A DNA stretch of 51,589 bases from positions 1-51,589 of the forward strand of contig DASQSS010000229.1 of assembly GCA_035642255.1 (NCBI GenBank). The letters run 5' to 3'. The position numbers and the translations under genes were made by a program. The notes beneath the pieces were generated by a model, which worked only from the letters and a program-made list of their open reading frames with translations, was not told where the DNA came from and did no database searches. The DNA comes from Ktedonobacterales bacterium. GTDB lineage: Bacteria; Chloroflexota; Ktedonobacteria; Ktedonobacterales; JADMIN01. Positions 44,263 through 51,589 of the stretch are shown here, piece by piece (within the stretch, counting starts at the first letter, position 1; each line of letters begins with the position of its first letter).

Positions 44263-44799
44263 CTACTCTTCGCGGCCAATGACAATCGCCCCGATGATCG
44301 CAACGAGCAGCACGACCGATGCGATTTCGAAGGGCAACACGTAGCTGTAGTTGAAGGGGCTGTAGAGGAGCTGACCAATGCGTGCGACTGAGCCGCCGCC
44401 ATTGATCGCGTTCGCCATATTCGCTGACGCGTTCGGACTGGCGACGGCCATCTCACTGGCGCCAACTGTGAAAATCAGTCCGGCTGCCAGAGCAATTGAG
44501 ATGACGGCCGCGAGTCCGGTCTGGCCCGAGAATGGGCTCGACGTACGCGACATGGCGTTCTGGGTGAGCATGATGGCGAAGAGGACGAGAATCGTCACAG
44601 CGCCTGCATAGATGAGGATCTGCACAATCGCGATGAACTCGGCGTTGAGCAGCACATACACCCCGGCGGCGGACCCAAATACGAGCGCCAGGAAGAGCGC
44701 CGCATGGACGATGTTGCGCAGCATGACCACCGCGAGCGATGAGCCTACGAGGATCACCGCGATCACGTAGAACGCCACAGTAGCGATATTGACGGACAT
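44263..44799 (-). CDS. nuoJ: NADH-quinone oxidoreductase subunit J
   Basis: From the ATG at 44799 (GGAGGG RBS): MSVNIATVAFYVIAVILVGSSLAVVMLRNIVHAALFLALVF...EFIAIVQILIYAGAVTILVLFAIML. The upstream 46-aa extension was rejected. Confidence 0.85.
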   Translation of the reverse strand: MSVNIATVAFYVIAVILVGSSLAVVMLRNIVHAALFLALVFGSAAGVYVLLNAEFIAIVQILIYAGAVTILVLFAIMLTQNAMSRTSSPFSGQTGLAAVISIALAAGLIFTVGASEMAVASPNASANMANAINGGGSVARIGQLLYSPFNYSYVLPFEIASVVLLVAIIGAIVIGREE

Positions 44800-45309
44800 G
44801 TCGAAGTTATCCCTCCACGTGCGGGAATCCCGCCCCAGTGGCGTCTCTCGTGGCTCCGGCGCACCGCGCTGACATGGGGCGCCAGCGTGCAGCAAGTCCG
44901 GAACGAGCGCCATCTGTGATTGTATCACTGGCGTCAATTGTGACGCATGCTCATCCGTACTAAGGGCATGCGTTCATGGGCGTGATCCGAGGCGCCACTC
45001 CCTGTTGGCGTGACCTTGAGTCTGTGGCCTTTTCCTCCCTCTACAACGGCTGGGGAACGCGCGCCGCCACGGTCCCCGCGCGATATCACTAGAGGGAGTT
45101 TCAGCGCCAGCATAGTACGATTGAGCAGCGTTCGACTCGTTGCGGTGGGACGGGCTGCGGGTCAGGCGGAATAGCATAGAGACGCCAGAATGGATGCGGG
45201 ACAGCGGCTATAGCTCCTATATAAGTGGCAGGGCGCACAGAGAGCGTGCTACACTGGGCGCAGTTCTGGTTTCTAGCGGGCGATGTTTGCGCAGCGAGGA
45301 GTCAGTTGC

Positions 45310-45627
45310 ATGCCAGCGGGGATGGTTGGGCATCTATGGCGCGCGCTGCGTCATGCGTCGGGCAAGATTCTGACGTATGCTGGCGTGTCGTGCCTGTTGG
45401 CGGCGCTCGTGGTCGAGCTGGTCGCGTATCTGGCGGCTGGACCAGGCGCATTGACGACCCCGGCGACCCACCTGGCCGCAGCGGCGCTGGCGCTGGCAGT
45501 GGGCTATGCGGTGGGCTTTACGACCCTCATCGCAGAGACGATTTCCTTGCTCGCCCATGGGTCGCTCGATCTGGAGCGGGCGGGCGTCGCCAGCATTGAG
45601 AGGCTTGAGAGGATCGAACAGCCGTAG
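45310..45627 (+). CDS. Small hypothetical 2-TM membrane protein, translationally coupled to the downstream kinase
   Basis: Hydrophobic segments ILTYAGVSCLLAALVVELVAYLAAG and LAAAALALAVGYAVGFTTLIAETISLL. GCGAGGAG RBS before the ATG at 45310. Its TAG overlaps the kinase GTG (TAGTG). Confidence 0.5.
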   Translation: MPAGMVGHLWRALRHASGKILTYAGVSCLLAALVVELVAYLAAGPGALTTPATHLAAAALALAVGYAVGFTTLIAETISLLAHGSLDLERAGVASIERLERIEQP

Positions 45628-47324
45628 TGAGCGATCAACCCTCGTCCGATGCCTTGATTGGAATGTGGCTCGGCTCGTGCCGTATCGAGCGCCGCCTGGG
45701 CGCCGGTGGCATGAGCGCGGTCTACCTTGCGCAGCAGGAGCGTCCACGACGCTACGTCGCAGTCAAGGTGTTGCGCCCGCAGCTGCTTGCCGATGCGCGC
45801 CAATGGCCGCTGTTTCTGGCGCGCTTTCGCCGTGAGGCCGATGCGACCGCGGCGCTCGATCACGCCAACATCGTGCCGATCTATGAGTTCGGTGAGCAGG
45901 ATGATCTGGCGTACCTCGTCATGCCGTATCTGCCTGATGGTTCACTCGCGGAGCTGCTCGCACACAAAGGGCCGCTGCCCATCCCTCAGGCGCTGGCCTA
46001 TGTGGATCAAATCGCCAGCGCGCTTGACTACGCGCATCAGCATGGCATCGTGCATCGCGATGTGAAGCCATCGAACCTGCTGTTGCATCCTGATGGCCGC
46101 CTATTGCTCGCGGACTTTGGCATCGCGCGGCCGCTCGATCAGCGGGAGTTGCCAACCATCGCCCTGACGACCGATGCGGGAGACGATGCTGGGTTGACAG
46201 TCAGTGGTGTCGCGCTGGGAACGCCCGACTACATGTCGCCGGAGCAGATTCGCGGTGAACGGGTTGGCCCAGCAGCCGACATCTACGCGCTCGGCGTCGT
46301 CAGCTATGCGATGCTCACTGGACGCTCGCCTTTTGGTGGAGCGCCGACGATGCAGGTGCTCGCGCGCCAACTCAACGATCCACCCCCGCCGCTGCGCCTT
46401 GCGCGCCCAGATGCGCCTGCGCAACTCGAAGAAGTCATCTTCTGGGCGTTGGCGAAAGATGCGAGTGATCGTCCGCCCTCTGCGAGCGCGTTCGCTCAGG
46501 CGATGCGCGACGGCGCTCGCGGCGCGGCGGGAGCCCTCTGGAAGCGCGCCGCTGGCCTGGGCGCATCGCTCGCCAGCTATCGCGGCGGCGCGGAGCCACT
46601 TGCGGCTCCGATAGCTCCGATAGCTGCGGCGGGTATGGCGGGCGCAGCGGCTGCTGGCGACGCGACCCTCTGGGATGCTTCCTACCACGGGCCGGAATCG
46701 CGTCGGCAGTTCGATCGCTCATTCGCGGCGGGCGCATCCGGTGGCGCAGGCGCGAGGGCATGGCCTGGCGCGCGGGTCGCGGCGAGCGGCGGCAGGCGAC
46801 GGGGATCAGGCATTCCGGCGCCGCTCCTCGCTGCCGTTGGCCTGGCGCTGGTCGTGCTGATCATCATGGGCGTGGTCGTAGCCAACGCGCTGGGCAGTAG
46901 CCTGTCTGCATTCGGCGGGAACACGGGCGGCCGATCCGGCGCGGGAGCGATCCCGACCGCTACGATGACCGCGACACCCTCACCTAGCCCCACGGCTACG
47001 CCGCCGGCAGACTGGCTCACAGTCACGCCTGACTCGCTGGATCTCACCTGCAAGAAGCCCAACAAGACACAGTATGTGCGCCTCTCGAATATCGGTCCTT
47101 CGCCGATTCGCTGGACAGCACAGCTCCCCGACTCACCGGGCATACAGTTGAGCTCAAGTCAGGGCAGGTTAGAGCCAAATAAGACAGTCACCATCAGCGT
47201 GACGAATACGTCGCTGATCGAGACGCATCAAGATCAGATTCAGTTCACGCCAGACAGTGACAGCGCAGGCGCGCCAGCAGTGGTGAACTACACGACGCAA
47301 GCCTGCTTCATTCCCCAGGGATAG
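45627..47324 (+). CDS. Hanks-type Ser/Thr protein kinase with one TM and an extracytoplasmic Ig-like C-terminal domain
   Basis: LGAGGMSAVYLA, VAVKVL, HRDVKPSNLLL, DFGIAR and GTPDYMSPEQ. TM segment PAPLLAAVGLALVVLIIMGVVVANAL. C-terminal beta-rich segment LTVTPDSLDLTCKKPNKTQYVRLSNIGPSPIRWTAQL. Confidence 0.9.
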   Translation: MSDQPSSDALIGMWLGSCRIERRLGAGGMSAVYLAQQERPRRYVAVKVLRPQLLADARQWPLFLARFRREADATAALDHANIVPIYEFGEQDDLAYLVMPYLPDGSLAELLAHKGPLPIPQALAYVDQIASALDYAHQHGIVHRDVKPSNLLLHPDGRLLLADFGIARPLDQRELPTIALTTDAGDDAGLTVSGVALGTPDYMSPEQIRGERVGPAADIYALGVVSYAMLTGRSPFGGAPTMQVLARQLNDPPPPLRLARPDAPAQLEEVIFWALAKDASDRPPSASAFAQAMRDGARGAAGALWKRAAGLGASLASYRGGAEPLAAPIAPIAAAGMAGAAAAGDATLWDASYHGPESRRQFDRSFAAGASGGAGARAWPGARVAASGGRRRGSGIPAPLLAAVGLALVVLIIMGVVVANALGSSLSAFGGNTGGRSGAGAIPTATMTATPSPSPTATPPADWLTVTPDSLDLTCKKPNKTQYVRLSNIGPSPIRWTAQLPDSPGIQLSSSQGRLEPNKTVTISVTNTSLIETHQDQIQFTPDSDSAGAPAVVNYTTQACFIPQG

Positions 47325-47328
47325 CGCG

Positions 47329-47976
47329 TCATGCGCCGCCATCCGGGGTGGCGTAGAGCGCGCTCTCACCATACTTCGCCGCGATGCGCAGCAAGTGCCG
47401 CTCACCATACTCTGAGGGCAGATAGACCAGCGCGTCTTGGGGCAGAGTCGCCCCAGGCGCCCGCTCCGCCAGCACATCTTCCATCGCCAGCAGCTCGCCG
47501 AGCCGTGCGCCGCTCACAATCCGACGCAACGCCGCCAGTGGCAGCCAGAGGAGCGCCGAGATGATCGCTGGATCGAGCGCCGCATCGCCCGTCGTGGTCG
47601 CACGGTAGACCTCGATGGCGATGAGGCGTGGCGGCTGTACTGTCTCCGGCTCTTTGGGCGCCATGCGCTCGAAGCGCAGGAACGGCGCGGCGCCGGGGTC
47701 TGTCGCGAGGGCGCGATCGACGGCATGCTGGGGCGATGGTCCATACGTCCAGCGCGTTGGCAGCGGCGTGGCGGCCCGCCCAACGTAGGTGGCGCTGAGC
47801 GCGAGGACTTCCGCTTGCGGAGTTGCGCCATAGACATGCGCGACGCCGGGAAGCTCCAGCCGCGCTGTGCGCAAACCGTAGAGATCGCGCCACGCTGTCA
47901 TCGGCGACAGCGCCAGGCCAAGCCGTCGATCACGCGCCATGAGTAGCGCGACGGAGGAGAGTTCGGTGGTTCGCAT
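47329..47976 (-). CDS. Hypothetical protein
   Basis: ORF 47329..48027. The ATG at 47976 has a GGAAGGTG RBS. No motif recognised (no Nudix box despite a vaguely Nudix-like C-terminal part). Confidence 0.5.
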   Translation of the reverse strand: MRTTELSSVALLMARDRRLGLALSPMTAWRDLYGLRTARLELPGVAHVYGATPQAEVLALSATYVGRAATPLPTRWTYGPSPQHAVDRALATDPGAAPFLRFERMAPKEPETVQPPRLIAIEVYRATTTGDAALDPAIISALLWLPLAALRRIVSGARLGELLAMEDVLAERAPGATLPQDALVYLPSEYGERHLLRIAAKYGESALYATPDGGA

Positions 47977-48039
47977 CGTCCACCTTCCCGATGTGCGCCC
48001 GCGTGTCTCCATTGCATCATGCGCCAAGGATAGTCCCCG

Positions 48040-49149
48040 CTAGAGGCCGAACGCCTGTGTGATCGCGGCGGTTATGTTCTGCGCGGCGACTGTCAGCGAA
48101 AGACCAAGCGCGAGCCCAAGGCCTGCCCAGACGTACGCACGGGCAAGCTGATGCGCTGCGACTCGGCGCGCTGGCCCAAACTGGCTGGCCATTAGACCTG
48201 TGACGCCAATGAGCGCGGCAGGCAGCGAGCTCAGCGCGAGCAACGCTCCCGGCCAGCCGCCACGCTCAACCGCGAGTGTCAATATGAGCGCATAGCTGGC
48301 CAGCAGCGCCAGCGCAGTCAGCAAGCTAGCCCAGCGTGAGCCAATCAGCGCAGCCAACACGTGGCCGTTGTATTTGCCTGCTGCCGCGACCCTTCGCGCT
48401 TCGATCACCGCGAACGCCATGCCACCAATAGCGGCGGCAAGGAGCCAGTCGTGGGAATTCATCCGCTGGCCCTGCGCCAGGATGGTCAACGCGACCTGCC
48501 CGGACCCCAGACAGGCTGGAGCGATGATCTCGTCGAGCGGTGCGATGCGCTGCCGCACGACCTCCACGCCATAGAGCCCCACGCCAACGACGCCGAGTCC
48601 CGCGGCGAGGAGCGCGGCAGGCGATCCCGCAAGGAAGATAGGCAGCGCGCAGACGGTCGCTAGCGCAAGCAGCGCCAGCCCCAGTCGCAGAGCGAATGGC
48701 CGCATCGCCGCATCGCTTGCCTCGCGTGAGCCACGTCGCTTCTCACTCCGCTCCTCAGCATGGGTCTCCGGGGAGTTGCGACCTTCCGATTCGTCGTCCT
48801 GACCATCTGGCGTGTCGTTACCGCGCTGCGACGTGATGAGCGCGCCGATACCCGCCAGTCCAAGTAGGCTCGCTAGCAAGGTGAACAGTGCGACAGCCCA
48901 GTGAACCGAGACGCCTTGAGCCACGAGCAGAGCAATCGCGCAGAGTACGGGCGGCGCCGCCAGCGGCAGCGTCTCTGGATGAATCACCTGGCCGGCGCCA
49001 TCGAATCTGGCGAGGAGCGCGCGAGCTATGAACCGGGCGTCACTGAGCGCGTCGCCCAGGGCGCCGGGTCCAGGCTGGCGCTGTGTCGCCTCCGTGCTGG
49101 GAGTGTCGTTCAGCGCCAGCTGTGCTTCGGGCCGCGGGCTCTGATTCAT
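48040..49149 (-). CDS. Hypothetical polytopic membrane protein (possibly a divergent UbiA-like prenyltransferase)
   Basis: About 8 hydrophobic segments. One NDTPDGQDD stretch fits NDxxDxxxD, but it is followed by a charged insertion and I saw no clear second Asp-rich motif. The start is uncertain: 49149 has an AGGAG RBS, while the ORF track gives 49257. Confidence 0.45.
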   Translation of the reverse strand: MNQSPRPEAQLALNDTPSTEATQRQPGPGALGDALSDARFIARALLARFDGAGQVIHPETLPLAAPPVLCAIALLVAQGVSVHWAVALFTLLASLLGLAGIGALITSQRGNDTPDGQDDESEGRNSPETHAEERSEKRRGSREASDAAMRPFALRLGLALLALATVCALPIFLAGSPAALLAAGLGVVGVGLYGVEVVRQRIAPLDEIIAPACLGSGQVALTILAQGQRMNSHDWLLAAAIGGMAFAVIEARRVAAAGKYNGHVLAALIGSRWASLLTALALLASYALILTLAVERGGWPGALLALSSLPAALIGVTGLMASQFGPARRVAAHQLARAYVWAGLGLALGLSLTVAAQNITAAITQAFGL

Positions 49150-49422
49150 CTCGTGCGCTCCTGACTGCTCTCCGCTGCTGTTATGGCTCGTTGTAAGGAT
49201 TGTCCTGACCGGGTCGCTCATCCCAGCGCCCATGAGCTGGGCAAGCCAGCAGAGCATACAATATCTTACAACGGGCAGGCGGAATCAAACGCCACGAGGA
49301 TGGGCTACGCACAGTGGTTATAAAACGCACAGCGTGAGCGCGCCGCCACTGGAGGTTGTGCGAGAACGTGGTGGCGCGACGTATATGGTTGCAGGAGAAC
49401 GCGTGATGCCGCGATGGCTGCG

Positions 49423-50085
49423 CTAGCGGTCAGTCATCCGGCTCCAGTGGCGCAGGTCTTCCTCCACCTGCGCCAGCGCCTCGGTGAAGCGCGCCTGGGT
49501 GACACCGAGTGTGAAGTCGCCGCGCGTCTTCTCCAGAATGCCACGAGTGGCGTCGGTGGTGCGCCGCAGGTTGCCTGTGATCGCGTCAGGGAAGTCCAAT
49601 GTGATGAGCAGGCTGTAGATCTCATCCATATCGCGCAGGATGTCTTCGCAGCCGTCGAGCTTGCCCTGGCGCATGCGGTCGAGCAGGTAGCGGCGAAGCT
49701 CGCCGGTAGCCTCGCCCAGCCCGTTGAGGTACGGTGACCACTCGATGCCCAGGTCTTGCGGCAGAGGCAGTGGGTGGCGCTGAATCAGGGATGCGGTCAG
49801 CGCGGCCTCGGCGTATTCCTTCTGTGCGTCGGCGATGAATCCCGCGTAGAAGATGTCGAGGTGGTCGCGCAGGTCGAGCGCCATGTCGTGCAGCAAGGCG
49901 CCCGCTTCGGCGATATTGCGATTGACCAGATCGAACTCATCGCGGTGTGCGGCGCGAATCGCGTTGGCGCACAGGCGAATGGCAGAGCGCGACTTCGGCA
50001 GAGCGCGCTCGCGCGCAGCATGCTTTGTGGCCAGGTAGTCGCTTGCGGCCTGGCCGATTGATTGCAAGTCCGACACGGTCCTCAT
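49423..50085 (-). CDS. Translin-family protein
   Basis: 220 aa, all-helical. RERALPKSRSAIRLCANAIRAAHRDEFD...AQKEYAEAALTASLI...YLNGLGEATGELRRYLLDRMRQGKL...MDEIYSLLITLDFPDAITGNLRRTTDATRGILEKTRGD follows the translin pattern (HRG-like, QEY.EA, YL.GL.D..GELRR, LR.K.D). This is from memory. Confidence 0.65.
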   Translation of the reverse strand: MRTVSDLQSIGQAASDYLATKHAARERALPKSRSAIRLCANAIRAAHRDEFDLVNRNIAEAGALLHDMALDLRDHLDIFYAGFIADAQKEYAEAALTASLIQRHPLPLPQDLGIEWSPYLNGLGEATGELRRYLLDRMRQGKLDGCEDILRDMDEIYSLLITLDFPDAITGNLRRTTDATRGILEKTRGDFTLGVTQARFTEALAQVEEDLRHWSRMTDR

Positions 50086-50368
50086 CCCTCAGTTCCGGCC
50101 ACTTCGGGCGCTCTATCGCATGCGCGTCGCGCTGAGCGCCCGCTCAAGTAGTTCTACGACTCGCCCAGCCCTTCTGTTACAGGGTTGTGTAACTGTTGCG
50201 CGCCCAATCCCTCGCGCCCTCAACAGTCCATTCTCAGCCGCTCCCCTCGCACACCGAGCGAGAGCAGGCACATATCCCAGTGTATACGGGCGTCTTGCGT
50301 GTGTCAAACACGCTGGGCGTCATCAGGCGCATCGCCGCGTGCGATGCGCCGCCTGTTCTGGAGGCCCA

Positions 50369-51589
50369 TCAGACGCCGAGATAGGCCGCCCGCGCGCGGT
50401 CTACCGCCGCCAGTCGTTCGTCGCCAAGGCGGCGGTAGGCCTCGGCGCGCGCCGCGAAGGCCTGGGCCGCTTCTGGCTCGCGCTCGATCGCCCGGTCGAG
50501 CGCATTGAGCGCCTCACGCGAGCGGCCAATGGCGAGCAGCGCCAGCCCAAGGGTGAGCGGGCCGCGATAATCAGACGCGGCGCGCAACTCCATCAGCTCG
50601 CCCAGCGCCAGCGCATCGTGTGGCTGACGTCGCTCCAGCAGGATGCTCGCCTTGAGAAAGAGCGCGGCGCAGTCGTCGCTATCCGCCGCGAGGATGCGCT
50701 CGATGATCTCGAGCGCGCCTGTCCCGTCGCCAGCCGCATAGTGTCGCTGCGCCTCCGCAAGCGCCATCCGCGCGAGCAATTGACTGGCGCCGACTGTCAG
50801 TCGCGCCCCAGGCGCCGGGTTATCCGCCAATCGTAGCCGCGCGTAGGGCGCCTGATGCTCTGGATCGGGCGCGACTGTCACTGCCACGACCGTCCCCAGC
50901 TCCTCCAGGTCGATCTCCTGCCCGGCCATCAGGCGCTCGCCTTCAGCCAGTCTCTCGGCGACGTCCCGCAGGAATGCCTCAGCCTCCGCTCGTAGAGCTA
51001 CCGGGACGTCCGCAAGGTCAAGCTCCGGTCTGCCAAACTTCTGTAGACCATGCGTATGTAGCCAGCGGCTGTCCGCGCCCCATGCCTCATCGTGTACGGC
51101 GATCTGTGTCGCCAGTGGGCCAGTGACCATCGCGCTGAGCTGGCCCGCTCCCCAGCCGGTCTGCGCCGCGGGATCAACAACCGCTCCAGCGGTCAAGCTG
51201 ACAAACGCCCGCAGCACGCTCATCGTCCAGCGCATCGCGTCGGCGATGCGCTCCTCAGGCGTTTTCAAGCGGATATCGAAGTCGAGGACGCCGGAACGGA
51301 GGGTCTGCGCGTCCTCAGGGTCGAGGCGTCGGGTGATCTGGCCGAAGGCGCCAGCGCCCATCGCCCCCAGCGCCGGGGTAGCGTGCCGGGTGACGAAGAT
51401 GCGCAGGCTCGCGTTGATGTTGGGCGCGCTCAGGCGATAGGCGCCCAGCCGGGTGTGCGGGGCGCCGGTAGCGACCGTGTCGACGGATTGATAGGTTGGG
51501 GCGCCCAATCCTGCCGCCACGAGCGTCTGCGAGACCGTCGCTTCGGCAGGCGCCTCCGCATACCGCGATACGAGCAGAAAATCGTTGGT
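50369..51589 (-). CDS. TPR-repeat protein with an uncharacterised N-terminal domain (5' end runs off the right edge)
   Basis: The frame stays open to the window edge (TNDFLLVSRYAEAPAEATVSQTLVAAGLG...), so the GTG at 51520 in the ORF track is probably internal. The C-terminal roughly 130 aa are TPR-like (ALFLKASILLERRQPHDALALGE..., AFAARAEAYRRLGDERLA). The N-domain contains WLHTHGLQKFGRPELDL. Confidence 0.6.
   Translation of the reverse strand, partial: TNDFLLVSRYAEAPAEATVSQTLVAAGLGAPTYQSVDTVATGAPHTRLGAYRLSAPNINASLRIFVTRHATPALGAMGAGAFGQITRRLDPEDAQTLRSGVLDFDIRLKTPEERIADAMRWTMSVLRAFVSLTAGAVVDPAAQTGWGAGQLSAMVTGPLATQIAVHDEAWGADSRWLHTHGLQKFGRPELDLADVPVALRAEAEAFLRDVAERLAEGERLMAGQEIDLEELGTVVAVTVAPDPEHQAPYARLRLADNPAPGARLTVGASQLLARMALAEAQRHYAAGDGTGALEIIERILAADSDDCAALFLKASILLERRQPHDALALGELMELRAASDYRGPLTLGLALLAIGRSREALNALDRAIEREPEAAQAFAARAEAYRRLGDERLAAVDRARAAYLGV

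Noticed and set aside
44800-44937. Upstream extensions of several ORFs in the track: nuoJ to 44937, PIG-L to 31859, VOC to 14789, DUF427 from 6793, GY-repeat protein from 20528, mgtA to 36814
   Set aside because: In each case an internal ATG with a clear GGAGG-type RBS coincides with the start of family homology, and the extension is Arg/Pro-rich with no homology.
1-51589. CRISPR arrays, IS elements/transposases, integrases, prophage genes, tRNA/rRNA/tmRNA/RNase P
   Set aside because: No regularly spaced direct repeats were seen. None of the ORFs shows DDE, tyrosine-recombinase or serine-recombinase motifs. I did not spot GGTTCGAATCC-type T-arms or other structural RNA signatures. A visual scan can miss tRNAs, so tRNAscan/Infernal should confirm.

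Overview
This is a GC-rich (judged by eye, not computed) bacterial chromosomal segment with about 45 protein-coding genes. I could not recognise any rRNA, tRNA, CRISPR array, transposase, integrase or phage gene. It reads as core housekeeping DNA rather than an accessory island.

Gene content, left to right:
- ugd (5' part only), lgt, a HIT-family protein and an FAD oxidoreductase.
- A divergent MFS (YnfM-like) / LysR pair, then a tandem-DUF427 protein and a FAH-family hydrolase.
- The division cluster ftsQ-ftsA-ftsZ.
- A divergent WYL regulator / VOC + Cdd1-type HhH module, a Pro-rich polytopic membrane protein, and mutS.
- A GY/PQ-repeat membrane-anchored jelly-roll protein plus a decayed paralogue fragment, and a threonine-aldolase-like PLP enzyme.
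- A long minus-strand array: PIG-L deacetylase, nucleotidyltransferase, purD, a GT87/DUF2029-like membrane protein, DUF971, purS, a structured leader, then an NitT/TauT-type ABC permease and an NMT1/THI5-type lipoprotein SBP.
- An S53 sedolisin peptidase.
- bcp, mgtA, a 4-hydroxybutyrate-CoA-transferase-like gene and a stand-alone nuoJKLMN block, all on the minus strand.
- A small 2-TM protein translationally coupled to a Hanks-type Ser/Thr kinase.
- A hypothetical protein, a UbiA-like membrane protein, a translin-family protein and a TPR protein that runs off the right edge.

The gene repertoire (bacterial translin, many Pro/Gln-rich tails, sedolisin, split nuo) suggests Chloroflexota or a similar high-GC monoderm lineage. 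That is only an inference.

I did not find a convincing novel multi-gene system such as a defence island or mobile element. The best leads are:
1. A cobalamin-riboswitch-like aptamer in the roughly 420-nt leader of an ATPase-less NMT1/THI5-type ABC pair.
2. A jelly-roll paralogue inactivated by a perfect 11-bp tandem duplication, one of several 10-12-bp perfect microduplications in the window.
3. An FtsZ with a roughly 130-aa N-terminal and a roughly 200-aa C-terminal low-complexity extension.
4. An orphan nuoJKLMN module whose NuoL carries a His/Gly-rich insertion.
5. A bacterial translin gene among uncharacterised neighbours.

All family assignments come from reading motifs in the translations. 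No database search was run.
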